Notes: generated by a model not told the origin, from the letters alone. DNA of 64,000 nt from Thermodesulfobacteriota bacterium (GCA_965223335.1 OZ244991.1:1824001-1888000); one strand, 5' to 3'; shown: positions 29,606 to 40,637, counted from the first letter of the stretch. A program made the numbers and translations.

Positions 29606-30631
29606 ATGAGCGACAAAATAGATTCGATTATTATTGTAGGTCAATCGGGAGGTACAAATGTTGGTGAATCCTTATATAGAGCCTCACTCTCAATTGATAA
29701 ATTAGAAGCAGCTTTTGTCGATAGCTACACTGCAAATAGTAATTCTCAGTTATTAAATCGTATTTACTGGCATCTGTTTTCTAAACGACCATTCAATATA
29801 AAGTCCTTTAGCAAGAAAATATTAGAGGAATGTCAGGCGAGGAGACCACGATATTTATTGACTACTGGATTTTCTCCTATTTATGATAGTGTTTTATCAG
29901 AAATAGGGAAATTGGGGATCGTACGTATCAATTACCTCACAGATGATCCCTGGAATCCTGTGCTTAAGGCTAAATGGTTCTTAGACTCTCTGGTTCAATA
30001 TGATGTTGTATTTACGCCAAGACTAGCAAACATTGACGACATTAAAGGTTTGGGTTGTAAGCGAGTTGAATATATCCCATTTGGTTATGATCCAAAACAT
30101 TTTTACCCTCCTGACAATCCGGATAGTTATAACTACGGGGACAAACACGAATGTGAAGTATTATTTGTAGGTGGTGGAGATAGAGACCGTCTCCAAACCA
30201 TGTTGCCATTAATTGAGTCTGGAGTGCATCTACATTTAGGCGGAAGTTACTGGGAAAGATACAAATTAACCAGAAAACTAACGGTTGGACAAATGGATGT
30301 GGATGAACTTAGATTTGCGACCTCTCGTGCTAAGATCAATCTGTGTTTAGTAAGAAAATCTAATCGTGACGGTCACGTTATGAGATCATTTGAAATTCCT
30401 GCTGTAGGAGGATGTATGCTAGCGGAATATACGGATGAGCACTACTCAATCTTTGGAGATGAGGGCGATGCTGTACATTATTTTAAAGATGCAATCGATA
30501 TGGTTAACAAAGTAAAATGGCTACTGCAGCATGATGACGGGAGAAAACGTTTAGCAAAAAAATCACATGATCTTGTTGTAAACGGTAAAAATACTTACCT
30601 TGATAGGCTCGAATTAATGTTAAATCTTTAG
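29606..30631 (+). CDS. CgeB-like (Glyco_trans_1_2) glycosyltransferase
   Basis: TDDP, FVGG, MRSFEIPAVGG, TYLDRL. Confidence 0.82.
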   Translation: MSDKIDSIIIVGQSGGTNVGESLYRASLSIDKLEAAFVDSYTANSNSQLLNRIYWHLFSKRPFNIKSFSKKILEECQARRPRYLLTTGFSPIYDSVLSEIGKLGIVRINYLTDDPWNPVLKAKWFLDSLVQYDVVFTPRLANIDDIKGLGCKRVEYIPFGYDPKHFYPPDNPDSYNYGDKHECEVLFVGGGDRDRLQTMLPLIESGVHLHLGGSYWERYKLTRKLTVGQMDVDELRFATSRAKINLCLVRKSNRDGHVMRSFEIPAVGGCMLAEYTDEHYSIFGDEGDAVHYFKDAIDMVNKVKWLLQHDDGRKRLAKKSHDLVVNGKNTYLDRLELMLNL

Positions 30632-30673
30632 CGTCTTATCAAAAAGTCTTCAACGGTTAGATACTTATTATTT

Positions 30674-32176
30674 TTGATAGTAATGCAAATGTTTAATGCA
30701 AAGCTGGAACTAGGCTTATATATTCTTGTCAGTGCTTTGGCAGCTGGATTAGTTGTATTACAGCGCTGGAATAAGAAGGATTACAATGTAGGTCTTACTA
30801 TACTATTCCTTGCGAATCTATTCTTAATACATTGGGCAGGGGCTGTTGTACACATCCTGCCTTGGTACGAAAACATTGATTTTGAACGTACCCTCTCTGG
30901 TTTCAGACTGACTACATACGGAATATTAGCATTCGTCTTTGGGTGTTTTGCGATATCTATGGTTAGGAAACGAATTGTTCGCGCTGCATTAACAGTAGAG
31001 ACAAGCAATGTGATTGATATGAAGAATCTACATTTTACTTCCATGTTCTATGCCGTGTTTGGGATATTATCGGCTTTTGCGTTTTTTATAGGGTTAAAAC
31101 GCGTACCCAGTATTGGGGCATTAGCATCAGTTGGGATATCTATGATTGTAGTTGGTTTCTGTCTTATTTGTTGGTATTCGCTCATAAAGCGTGATTATAA
31201 ACAATTGACTGTGTGGTTGGGACTGTCATTAATGTTTCCATTTCTTACTGTTGTGGGACTTGGATTTTTAGGATTTGGTGTGGCTCTAACTCTAATAGTT
31301 TATGTTTTTGTTGCAAGATTTATAAGATTGGATTTAAAGCTGGTTTTGGGAATTTTATTGTTTGCCTATATGAGTGTGAGTTTTTATCAAAACTATATGA
31401 GAGATAGGACTGACTTGCGTGGAGTGCTGTGGGAACAGGAAGGTGGGATTCAAGCTGGTATTAATCAACTAAAGTTGACTCTTTCAAACTTCGAGTTGTT
31501 TAATCCCTTTGATGAAACACAGCTTGATCGAATTAATGTGCGCATGAACCAAAACGTATTAATCGGAGCATCTGTTGATTATCTGGATTTTAGTGATGCG
31601 TATGCACGTGGGGAAACAATGATCGATTCTTTCATTGCATTAGTACCGAGAATCATATGGCCCGAAAAGCCATTTAAACTAGGAGGCTCTGAATTAGTTT
31701 CGAAATACACAGGAATTACTTTTGAAGAGGGAACTACCATTGCAATGGGTCAGGTAATGGAACTATATGTCAATTTTGGGGCTTTGGGTGTAATAGTTGG
31801 GTTTTTTGTACTTGGAATGATTTTGACGTTGGTGGATACAAAAGCTGCAGCAGCATTAACGAAATGCGAGTGGAACCATTTTGCTCTTTGGTTCCTTCCG
31901 AGTTTGCCTTTGCTTGATAGTCATGCGACATTCGCTCAACTTGTCAGCACAGTTGCAGCGTCTGTTATTTTGGTCAATATGGTTATCCGTTTTCCCCGCC
32001 GTTATTTTAAACCTGTAATAACGTTATCACTTATAGCTTTGGTACTACTACTTGTAAAATTTATTTATCTGCCTCTAGTCTCACCTATTTTCAATTATTT
32101 ACTGATTTTATTGTTTGTGGCTGTTTTAGTTGTAAGTGTTGTCTATATATTTCCTCTATTGAAAAGAAAAACCTAA
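30674..32176 (+). CDS. Multi-pass membrane protein, probable Wzy-like polymerase
   Basis: >10 TM segments with a large loop containing LVPRIIWPEKP and ELYVNFG. Confidence 0.7.
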   Translation: MIVMQMFNAKLELGLYILVSALAAGLVVLQRWNKKDYNVGLTILFLANLFLIHWAGAVVHILPWYENIDFERTLSGFRLTTYGILAFVFGCFAISMVRKRIVRAALTVETSNVIDMKNLHFTSMFYAVFGILSAFAFFIGLKRVPSIGALASVGISMIVVGFCLICWYSLIKRDYKQLTVWLGLSLMFPFLTVVGLGFLGFGVALTLIVYVFVARFIRLDLKLVLGILLFAYMSVSFYQNYMRDRTDLRGVLWEQEGGIQAGINQLKLTLSNFELFNPFDETQLDRINVRMNQNVLIGASVDYLDFSDAYARGETMIDSFIALVPRIIWPEKPFKLGGSELVSKYTGITFEEGTTIAMGQVMELYVNFGALGVIVGFFVLGMILTLVDTKAAAALTKCEWNHFALWFLPSLPLLDSHATFAQLVSTVAASVILVNMVIRFPRRYFKPVITLSLIALVLLLVKFIYLPLVSPIFNYLLILLFVAVLVVSVVYIFPLLKRKT

Positions 32177-32189
32177 CCAGACATTTATT

Positions 32190-33419
32190 ATGAAAGTTCT
32201 AATTGTTGTACCAAGTTACTGGCCTGCGATCCAATTTGGAGGGCCTATTCTATCGGTTCATTTATTGTGTAAAAATCTCGCGAGGCAGGGTTGCGAGGTC
32301 ACAGTTTACACTACAAACAAGGGTATTGAGGGCAAAGTTTCTACCAATGAAGAAGTTTTTAAAGACGGAGTCTGTATCAGATACTTTGAATACAGTCGCT
32401 GGTTTGAATTTATGGGCGAGGTGGGTTGGCAGTTCTCATGGCAAATGACAAACGCTTTGCGGAACAACATAACATCCTTTCAGGTTGTATATATAGTGGG
32501 CGTTTGGAGTTACCCGGTTTCAATTGCTGCATATTACTGTAGAAAATATAAGACACCATATGTGATCTCACCTAGAGGCATGCTATATCCTGAAACAGTC
32601 GGTAAAAAGTCATGGAAAAAAAGGCCTTACTACATGTTGGTATCAAAGAGGAATATGGTAAATGCATCGACGTTGCATTTCACATCATTGGATGAAGCAA
32701 CAAAGTGTATAAGCATGACAAACCCTGAGAATAATTATTTCATTGTTCCAAATGGGATAAAAATTGAAGATTATGAGACTCTACCAACTAAAGAAGAGTT
32801 TTTATCAAATTATCCATATCTTACTGGTAAGAAAATCATACTATTTTTGGGGAGGATTAATTGGAAAAAGGGATTGGATTTGTTGATTGATGCTTATGCG
32901 CATTTGTGTAATGAGAGGGATGATATTCATTTAGTGATTGCCGGGGACGATAGCGAAGATTATGCTAGAGAGATTAAACAAGTAATAAAATCCAGTGGTC
33001 TAAGTTATTATGATGGTAATTCAAGTTCGAGGTCTGATCCCAATAGTGAAATAACCTTTACGGGGCTGCTTGATCACGAAAATAAGATGATGGCACTATC
33101 TGGAAGTGATTTGTTTATACTGCCTTCCTATTCCGAGAATTTTGGTATGGCAGTCATAGAAGCGATGCTATGCAAGGTTCCTGTGATCGTCTCTCATAAC
33201 GTTGGTATAAGAGATGATATCAAAGAATGTAACGCGGGTGTTGTTGTTGAAAATGATGTTGAATCTATTTGTAATGCCATGAGAACTTTGTTGGATGATG
33301 AATATTATTGTAATAATCTTTCGCTGAATGCATATGAGTTGGTTAAAAATAGGTATAGCATTGAAAACATCGGTAAGGAAATGATGTCACACTTAAACTC
33401 TGTGTCTATAGAGATCTAA
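32190..33419 (+). CDS. GT4 glycosyltransferase
   Basis: GGP, SPRGML, FLGRINWKKGLD, SENFGMAVIEAM. Confidence 0.9.
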   Translation: MKVLIVVPSYWPAIQFGGPILSVHLLCKNLARQGCEVTVYTTNKGIEGKVSTNEEVFKDGVCIRYFEYSRWFEFMGEVGWQFSWQMTNALRNNITSFQVVYIVGVWSYPVSIAAYYCRKYKTPYVISPRGMLYPETVGKKSWKKRPYYMLVSKRNMVNASTLHFTSLDEATKCISMTNPENNYFIVPNGIKIEDYETLPTKEEFLSNYPYLTGKKIILFLGRINWKKGLDLLIDAYAHLCNERDDIHLVIAGDDSEDYAREIKQVIKSSGLSYYDGNSSSRSDPNSEITFTGLLDHENKMMALSGSDLFILPSYSENFGMAVIEAMLCKVPVIVSHNVGIRDDIKECNAGVVVENDVESICNAMRTLLDDEYYCNNLSLNAYELVKNRYSIENIGKEMMSHLNSVSIEI

Positions 33420-33425
33420 CTACCT

Positions 33426-35150
33426 ATGATTATACTCGGTATTAATGCGTATCATGGTGATTCGTCTGCGTGTGTTGTTCGCGATGGCGAGCTAGTTTGC
33501 GCTATTGAAGAGGAGCGGATACGGAGGGTAAAACACTGGGCCGGGCTCCCCACGGAATCTATTAAATGGTGCTTATCGGATGCTGGTGTCGGGATCCAAG
33601 ATGTTGACCACATTGCAATATCCAGAAACCCATCAGCACATCTGCATAAGAAGTTGCTAAGAGCGCTTACAAAGGCTCCTAAAATAGGCTTTTTAGCAAA
33701 TCGCCTTCAAAATGCCTTTAAAATTAAAGATATAAAATCTTCTCTGGCCGAGGTGCTAGGTATAAGCGATTCAGACCTAAAATCCACAGTCCACAATGTA
33801 GAACACCATAGAGCTCACCTTGCCAGTGCTTTTTTTGTATCATCTCTCGATGAGGCCGCATGCATCTCGGTGGATGGCTTCGGTGACTTTTTAAGTGTTA
33901 TGAGGGGTATGGGTGTCGGAAACAGGATTGAGGTCCATGATTATGTTGAATACCCCCACTCGTTGGGTGTTTTCTACACTGCTTTTACTCAGTTTCTTGG
34001 TTTTTCTAAATATGGAGATGAGTACAAGGTGATGGGGCTTTCGGCCTACGGGGAACCGGTGCATCTAGATAAGATGCGTGAGATAGTAAGGCTTAAACCA
34101 GATGGTCTTTTTGAACTGGAAACAATCTATTTTCTCCATGACAAAGAGGGTGTGGACATGGTTTGGGAGGACGGAGAGCCTGAGCTGGGACAGATATATT
34201 CGGATCGATTAACAGATCTGTTTGGTGAACCGAGAGACTATGAAGATGAGATAACTGCACACCATAAGAATATTGCGGCATCGGTACAAGCAATATATGA
34301 GGAGGCGTTTTTCCATCTGCTAAACAGCTTCTATGAGAAAAACGCTACTAAGAGTATCGCACTTGCCGGAGGGTGTATTCAGAACTCACTTGCTAATGGG
34401 AAAATAGAGAGTAGAACACAATACGATCAGGTCTTTATCCCCCCAGGTGCAGCGGATTCCGGTACTGCAATAGGGGCAGCATTTTGGGTGTGGAACCAGG
34501 TGCTTGGGCAGGAGAGAGGGTTTGAGATGGATGTACCGTATTGGGGGCCTGAGTATGGGGATGACGAAATTGAAAGTGTGCTGCGAGACTGTAGCGAAAG
34601 TCTCAAATTGTTAGATGAGACTCAGTTATTGGAAACGGTTGTCAGAGCAGTTATGGACGGTTGTGTAGTGGCGTGGTTTCAGGGTAGGACGGAGTGGGGC
34701 CCCAGAGCGCTTGGTAACAGGAGCATTGTAGTTGATCCCAGACGTAACGATATGCAGGATATACTTAACGCCAGGATAAAAAAACGTGAGTGGTTTAGAC
34801 CATTTGCACCATCAATTTTGGCCGAGTGTGTAGGTGAGTGGTTCGAGAGTATTAGCCCTGTACCTTTTATGGAGAAAGTCTATGAAGTTAAGCAAAATAA
34901 GAGACATCTGGTTCCTGCAGTTGTCCATGAAGACGGCACCGGGAGGCTCCAGACCGTAAGCGAACACATCAATCAAAGGTACTATAGATTGATCAAACTG
35001 TTTGGCGAGCGTACGGGTGTTCCGATTTTGCTCAACACCTCATTTAACGAGAACGAACCGATTGTTAACAGCCCCACAGAGGCTCTTGACTGTTTTAAGC
35101 GTACTAAGATTGATCTATTGGTTATGAATAATTACTGCGTGTTTAGGTGA
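33426..35150 (+). CDS. Second carbamoyltransferase (NodU family)
   Basis: LGINAYHGDSSA, EEERIRR, HHRAHLASA, EYKVMGL, GPRALGNRS, RPFAPS, NTSFN. Confidence 0.95.
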   Translation: MIILGINAYHGDSSACVVRDGELVCAIEEERIRRVKHWAGLPTESIKWCLSDAGVGIQDVDHIAISRNPSAHLHKKLLRALTKAPKIGFLANRLQNAFKIKDIKSSLAEVLGISDSDLKSTVHNVEHHRAHLASAFFVSSLDEAACISVDGFGDFLSVMRGMGVGNRIEVHDYVEYPHSLGVFYTAFTQFLGFSKYGDEYKVMGLSAYGEPVHLDKMREIVRLKPDGLFELETIYFLHDKEGVDMVWEDGEPELGQIYSDRLTDLFGEPRDYEDEITAHHKNIAASVQAIYEEAFFHLLNSFYEKNATKSIALAGGCIQNSLANGKIESRTQYDQVFIPPGAADSGTAIGAAFWVWNQVLGQERGFEMDVPYWGPEYGDDEIESVLRDCSESLKLLDETQLLETVVRAVMDGCVVAWFQGRTEWGPRALGNRSIVVDPRRNDMQDILNARIKKREWFRPFAPSILAECVGEWFESISPVPFMEKVYEVKQNKRHLVPAVVHEDGTGRLQTVSEHINQRYYRLIKLFGERTGVPILLNTSFNENEPIVNSPTEALDCFKRTKIDLLVMNNYCVFR

Positions 35151-35215
35151 TTTGGGTCTGTATATTGCAGGATTAGTATATTGAAAGCCAGCATCCTACC
35201 GTTTATTAACAAGGT

Positions 35216-35977
35216 ATGAAAGCCTCAATAATCACAGTTGTACGTAATAATGCTAAATATATTGAGGATTGTATCGAGAGTGTGCTAAACCAGTCGTATC
35301 AGGACATAGAGTATATTGTGATTGATGGGAATTCTGATGACGGTACTGTGGGTATCATTGAGAAGTATTCGGATCAAATATCCTCTTGGGTTAGTGAGCG
35401 GGACGACGGGATCTATGATGCTATGAACAAGGGGATAGAGATGTCGGGTGGGGATATTGTGGGGTTTTTGCACTCAGACGATATATATCGGGATGATAGT
35501 GTGATTGATAGAGTGGTTAAGTCTTTTAGTGATAATGACGTCGATTGCGTGTATGGTGATCTGGAGTATGTGACCGGTGCCCAAAAAAGGGTCGTTAGGT
35601 ATTGGAAAGCAGGCGAGTATGATCCTCGATCAATCTTGCGCGGGTGGATGCCCCCGCATCCTACAATGTTTGTAAAACGAGAGTTGTTTTCAAGGTTGGG
35701 GCTTTACGATACAAGTTTTCGTATTGCCGCGGATTATGAGTATATACTTAGGCTGTTTAAAAGTGGTGAAATTCGCGCTTCTTATGTTCCTTCGGTCTTT
35801 GTACAGATGCGTTTGGGAGGTGCCAGCAATAGAAGCGTCGGGAATTTGTTCCGCAAAATGCGAGAAGATTATCGAGCGATGAGAATGCACGGTCTGCGCT
35901 TTTGTCTCTTGGTGCTTTTTTGCAAAAATTTTTCCAAAGTTGGGCAATTTGCTTCTTATTTCAAAACATATGCCTAG
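35216..35977 (+). CDS. GT2 glycosyltransferase (WcaE-like, possible fucosyltransferase)
   Basis: SIITVVRN, DGNSDDGT, GIYDAMNKG, LHSDD, PPHP; immediately upstream of gmd-fcl. Confidence 0.88.
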   Translation: MKASIITVVRNNAKYIEDCIESVLNQSYQDIEYIVIDGNSDDGTVGIIEKYSDQISSWVSERDDGIYDAMNKGIEMSGGDIVGFLHSDDIYRDDSVIDRVVKSFSDNDVDCVYGDLEYVTGAQKRVVRYWKAGEYDPRSILRGWMPPHPTMFVKRELFSRLGLYDTSFRIAADYEYILRLFKSGEIRASYVPSVFVQMRLGGASNRSVGNLFRKMREDYRAMRMHGLRFCLLVLFCKNFSKVGQFASYFKTYA

Positions 35978-36116
35978 TGGTAGCAATATATATTAATAAT
36001 AGTACAAATAACACATACGGTATATACCTTATATGTGGCATATGACTACGATATTAAGATAGCTGCATGTATTGTATATAATATGCATAGCAAATATGTA
36101 ACAAGGATAAGATCTA

Positions 36117-37160
36117 ATGAATATAGCTTTGATAACAGGGATTACGGGGCAGGATGGTTCATATCTCGCCGAATTGCTGCTTTCTAAGGGCTACGAAGTG
36201 CATGGTTTGATTAGGAGGTCAAGCACTTTTAATACGGATAGGATCGATCATATCTACGTTGACCCGCACGAAGAGAGAGCCAAATTATTCCTTCATTACG
36301 GTGATTTAGGCGATTCGAGCCAGTTGACAAACCTTATATACAATATAAAACCCGATGAGGTTTACCACCTGGGTGCTCAGAGTCATGTGCGTGTGAGTTT
36401 TGATATGCCTGAGTACAGTGGTGATGTCACAGGAATAGGGGCAATTAGGATACTCGAGTCCATCCGACGAAGTGGATTAAAATGCAAATTCTACCAGGCC
36501 TCAAGCAGTGAGATGTTTGGCTCTACTCCACCCCCGCAAAATGAAAACACCCCGTTTAAGCCCAGAAGCCCATACGCAATAGCCAAACTCATGGCGTATT
36601 GGTCTGCGGTTAATTATCGTGACGGATACGATATATTTGCTACAAACGGTATTTTGTTTAACCATGAGTCACCCAGAAGGGGCGAAATATTTATTTCCCG
36701 CAAAGTAACGCGTGCTGTAGCCAATATCAAAACCGGGAACCAACAGTACCTATATCTCGGCAACTTGGATGCACAAAGGGACTGGGGTTTCGCACCGGAA
36801 TATGTAGAGATCATGTGGCAACTGCTTCAGTCCGATACACCATCCGATTATGTATTTGGCACGGGCCACACGCACACAGTAAAAGAACTAGTAGAGCAGG
36901 CGTTTTCGTATGTGGATCTGGACTGGAACGATTACGTGAAAATCGATAAAAGATACTTTAGACCCACAGAGGTCGAATCACTGTGCGCGGACTCAATGAA
37001 AGCAAAAAAAGAGATCGGATGGGACCCAAAAATAACATTCTCAGACCTGATTAAGATTATGATAGATGCTGATCTACGGAACGTGGGCAGTGAAACGGTT
37101 GGGGAAGGAGACCGGATATTGAGCGAAAAAATTACAGACAAATGGTGGACGGGGGATTAG
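36117..37160 (+). CDS. gmd: GDP-mannose 4,6-dehydratase
   Basis: [33 protein letters not shown]. Confidence 0.97.
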   Translation: MNIALITGITGQDGSYLAELLLSKGYEVHGLIRRSSTFNTDRIDHIYVDPHEERAKLFLHYGDLGDSSQLTNLIYNIKPDEVYHLGAQSHVRVSFDMPEYSGDVTGIGAIRILESIRRSGLKCKFYQASSSEMFGSTPPPQNENTPFKPRSPYAIAKLMAYWSAVNYRDGYDIFATNGILFNHESPRRGEIFISRKVTRAVANIKTGNQQYLYLGNLDAQRDWGFAPEYVEIMWQLLQSDTPSDYVFGTGHTHTVKELVEQAFSYVDLDWNDYVKIDKRYFRPTEVESLCADSMKAKKEIGWDPKITFSDLIKIMIDADLRNVGSETVGEGDRILSEKITDKWWTGD

Positions 37161-37206
37161 TGCAAAAGTATAAATAAAACTATCGTGCCGAAGGAAAATA
37201 AAGCAT

Positions 37207-38139
37207 ATGAGCATAGAACTAAGCGATAAAAAAATACTAGTAACAGGCGGTGCAGGTTTTCTGGGTAGTTTCGTCGTTAACCGCCTATTGGACAAAGGGG
37301 TGAGTAAAGAGAATATACGTGTGCCCCGGAGCAGGGACTGTGATCTGCGGGCATGGAAGAACTGCGAGAAAGCGGTCAGTGGTATAGATGTGGTGATTCA
37401 TCTGGCCGCGAGGGTAGGGGGTATAGGGTACAACTTGGAAAAGCCTGCCGAGCTTGTGTATGACAACGCACTTATGGGCATACTGCTTATGGAAGCCTCA
37501 AAGCGCGAGGGAGTAGAGAAGTTTGTTAGTGTAGGTACAGTGTGTTCATACCCCAAATATGCAAAGGTCCCGTTTCGCGAAGAAGAGCTCTGGGACGGGT
37601 ACCCAGAAGAGACTAACGCACCCTATGGTATTGCCAAGAAATTAATGCTGGTTCAGACCCAGGCCTATAGATTACAGTACGGGTTTAATGCGGTTCATCT
37701 GATACCTGTCAACTTATATGGCCCAGGGGATAATTTTGATCCCGAGACCTCACATGTGATCCCAGGACTAATAGTGAAAATTTGCGGGGCAAAGAAAAAC
37801 GATGAGAGCAGTATTACAGCCTGGGGATCGGGCGAAGCAACCAGAGAGTTCTTATATGTAGAGGATGCTGCAAGGGCCATAATAATGGCCACGGAGCTCT
37901 ACGATAAGGGAGACCCTGTAAATATCGGCAGTGGTCACGAGATTTCGATTCATGACTTGGCTCATATGATAAAAGATATCGTAGGTTACGAGGGCGAGAT
38001 CCAATGGGATACTTCAAGGCCTGACGGCCAACCCAAAAGATGGCTGGACACTACCAGGGCCAAACGCGAATTCGGATTTAGTGCCGAGATGAGTTTAATT
38101 GACGGACTCACTAATACTATAGATTGGTATCAAACATAA
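37207..38139 (+). CDS. fcl: GDP-L-fucose synthase
   Basis: AARVGGI, YGIAKK, PVNLYGPGDNF, SHVIP, TREFLYV, PDGQP. Confidence 0.93.
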   Translation: MSIELSDKKILVTGGAGFLGSFVVNRLLDKGVSKENIRVPRSRDCDLRAWKNCEKAVSGIDVVIHLAARVGGIGYNLEKPAELVYDNALMGILLMEASKREGVEKFVSVGTVCSYPKYAKVPFREEELWDGYPEETNAPYGIAKKLMLVQTQAYRLQYGFNAVHLIPVNLYGPGDNFDPETSHVIPGLIVKICGAKKNDESSITAWGSGEATREFLYVEDAARAIIMATELYDKGDPVNIGSGHEISIHDLAHMIKDIVGYEGEIQWDTSRPDGQPKRWLDTTRAKREFGFSAEMSLIDGLTNTIDWYQT

Positions 38140-38283
38140 AACTTGTAAATGCTTTAATCACTAATTACAATAGATAGTTGTGATAGCTTCACATTTGATC
38201 TATCTATATGTTCTATGACAATTAATTCCGTAATGCACTATAATTAACGTAGAGAGATCGGGGCAGAAAAAGGATAAGAGAGA

Positions 38284-39000
38284 GTGCCTACTCAACATAC
38301 TGTAGGAACCAAACCTGCTATACACGCACATAATGAAGCTGGTCCCATACTGGATAGACTGATTGTGAGTTCGGGGTCAGAGGAGTACATACTAAAGCGT
38401 CCCCTGGATTTAGTGTTCTCTGTCGTTGGGGTGATATTGACTTTGCCCTTATGGATTATAATAGGATTACTAATTTGGCTCGAAGATAGAGGGCCAGTGT
38501 TCTATACATCCAATCGGGTGGGTAAAAACGGTAAGCGTTTTGCTAATCTCAAGTTTCGCACTATGATCCCTCATTCAGATCGAGAACATGGCCCGATACA
38601 GGCTCATAAAGATGACAAGCGTATTACAAGGGTAGGGAAATTGTTAAGAAGTACGGCAATGGACGAACTCCCTCAGCTACTCAACATAGTTATGGGAGAG
38701 ATGAGTTTTGTGGGCCCTCGCCCTTTATTGCCGGTAGAGCTCGAGGTAAGCGATTCACGGATTGTAGATGCACAACCTATCGAGAGCGTAGAGGGTTATA
38801 TTAAGAGGCATTCGGTAACACCAGGGCTTACGGGGATAGCACAGATATTTGCACCCCGCGATATTATAAGGAGGCGAAAGTTTCATTACGACCTCCTATA
38901 TATAAAGTCGCAAAATCTGGGTTTGGATTTGCGGCTGCTGGTGATTTCCTTTTGGATTACAGTTAGGGGTAAGTGGGATGTTAGGGGTGAAAAAGCCTAA
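38284..39000 (+). CDS. Priming phosphoglycosyl transferase (Bac_transf domain)
   Basis: KRPLD, KFRTM, RITRVGKLLR, DELPQL, GEMSFVGPRP, PGLTG. Confidence 0.92.
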   Translation: MPTQHTVGTKPAIHAHNEAGPILDRLIVSSGSEEYILKRPLDLVFSVVGVILTLPLWIIIGLLIWLEDRGPVFYTSNRVGKNGKRFANLKFRTMIPHSDREHGPIQAHKDDKRITRVGKLLRSTAMDELPQLLNIVMGEMSFVGPRPLLPVELEVSDSRIVDAQPIESVEGYIKRHSVTPGLTGIAQIFAPRDIIRRRKFHYDLLYIKSQNLGLDLRLLVISFWITVRGKWDVRGEKA

Positions 39001-39060
39001 ATTACATCTTGTTTTAATCGCTATAAAACACAAACATAATAATAACAACGGAGGTAGTTT

Positions 39061-39660
39061 ATGGAGCGGTTTGTAATACCACATGAACATGAGATTAGAA
39101 AAGAGGACAGGCGGCTGCTAAATGAGCACGGCTCGCTTGTGCTTTGGTTTACCGGGCTCCCGAGCTCGGGCAAGTCTACGCTTGCCAATGAAGTTGAGAA
39201 GAGGCTGATAAAATCGTTTAACAGAACCTATATCTTAGACGGCGACAATATAAGGACGGGGCTTAACAAGGACCTTGGGTTTGCAGAGGAGGAGAGGGCC
39301 GAGAACATCAGACGCATTGGCGAGGTGTCCAAGCTCTTTGTAGACGCAGGTTTTATTGTGTTGTCCGCGTTTGTGTCTCCATACAAAAGGGACCGCGACG
39401 CCGTAAGAGAGCTGGTCGAAGAAAACGAGTTTGTAGAGGTGTTCGTTAAATGCCCTGTCGAGGTATGTGAACAGAGGGATGTGAAGGGCTTATATAAAAA
39501 AGCGAGAGAGGGCATAATTAAGGGATTCACTGGGATTGATGACCCATATGAAGAGCCGTCAAATCCCGAGATAGTTATTGATACGGACGCCCAGAATCTA
39601 GAGGAGAGCACCGATATTATAATTGCATATTTAACTGAACGCGGTGTTGTCAAAACGTAG
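39061..39660 (+). CDS. cysC: Adenylyl-sulfate kinase
   Basis: WFTGLPSSGKST, LDGDNIR, RAENIRR, FTGIDDPYE. Confidence 0.96.
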   Translation: MERFVIPHEHEIRKEDRRLLNEHGSLVLWFTGLPSSGKSTLANEVEKRLIKSFNRTYILDGDNIRTGLNKDLGFAEEERAENIRRIGEVSKLFVDAGFIVLSAFVSPYKRDRDAVRELVEENEFVEVFVKCPVEVCEQRDVKGLYKKAREGIIKGFTGIDDPYEEPSNPEIVIDTDAQNLEESTDIIIAYLTERGVVKT

Positions 39661-39695
39661 TCAGTACATAAATCTCCTCATTGTCCAATGAACCG

Positions 39696-40637
39696 ATGAA
39701 AAAGAGAGTGTTGGTTACCGGTGGGGCAGGGTTTATCGGCTCACATCTCTGCGATAAATTGCACTCGCAGGGATCAGAAGTAATATGTGTAGATAATTTC
39801 TACACCGGGACCAAAGAGAATATAGCTCAGCTATTCGACAAAACCGATTTCGAGGTCATCCGACACGATATATGTTTCCCGCTATATGTAGAGGTGGACG
39901 AGATCTACAACCTGGCCTGCCCAGCGTCGCCTGTGCACTATCAGTTTGACCCCGTACAAACTACCAAGGTAAACGTATCAGGAGCCATAAACATGCTTGG
40001 GCTCGCAAAAAGAATTCGCAAACCTATTCTCCAGGCCTCTACAAGCGAGGTATATGGCGACCCTACAATCCATCCCCAAACTGAGAGTTACTGGGGCAAT
40101 GTTAACCCGATCGGGCCCAGGGCCTGCTATGATGAGGGTAAGAGGTGTGCCGAAACACTGTTCTTCGATTACCACCGCCAGCATGAACTGGATATAAAGG
40201 TGATTAGAATTTTCAACACCTACGGCCCCAGGATGCACCCCAACGACGGGCGGGTTGTAAGTAATTTTATCACACAGGCGCTTCGTAACGAGGACATCAC
40301 CATCTACGGCGACGGCTCACAGACCCGTTCGTTTTGTTACGTGGACGACATGGTGGATGCTATGATCTCTATGATGGACACACCGTATGGATTCACAGGG
40401 CCTGTTAACGCCGGGAACCCAAACGAGGTCTCTATAAAGGACCTGGCAGAGCTCATAGTGGATCTCACAAACTCTGGTTCCAAGGTGGTTTTTAAAGACC
40501 TGCCGATGGACGATCCGAAGCGAAGAAAACCCGATATTACACTGGCTCAGCAGGAGCTTGGCTGGGCACCCACTGTGGATCTGGAAACAGGGCTAAAACT
40601 CACGGTGGATTATTTCAAAAATATGACTGCTGCGTGA
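39696..40637 (+). CDS. uxs: UDP-glucuronate decarboxylase (UDP-xylose synthase)
   Basis: [41 protein letters not shown]. Confidence 0.93.
   Translation: MKKRVLVTGGAGFIGSHLCDKLHSQGSEVICVDNFYTGTKENIAQLFDKTDFEVIRHDICFPLYVEVDEIYNLACPASPVHYQFDPVQTTKVNVSGAINMLGLAKRIRKPILQASTSEVYGDPTIHPQTESYWGNVNPIGPRACYDEGKRCAETLFFDYHRQHELDIKVIRIFNTYGPRMHPNDGRVVSNFITQALRNEDITIYGDGSQTRSFCYVDDMVDAMISMMDTPYGFTGPVNAGNPNEVSIKDLAELIVDLTNSGSKVVFKDLPMDDPKRRKPDITLAQQELGWAPTVDLETGLKLTVDYFKNMTAA

Noticed and set aside
33426..39660. Nod-factor-like cluster (NodU, fucose genes, APS kinase)
   Set aside because: No nodABC; genes are generic glycan precursor and decoration enzymes
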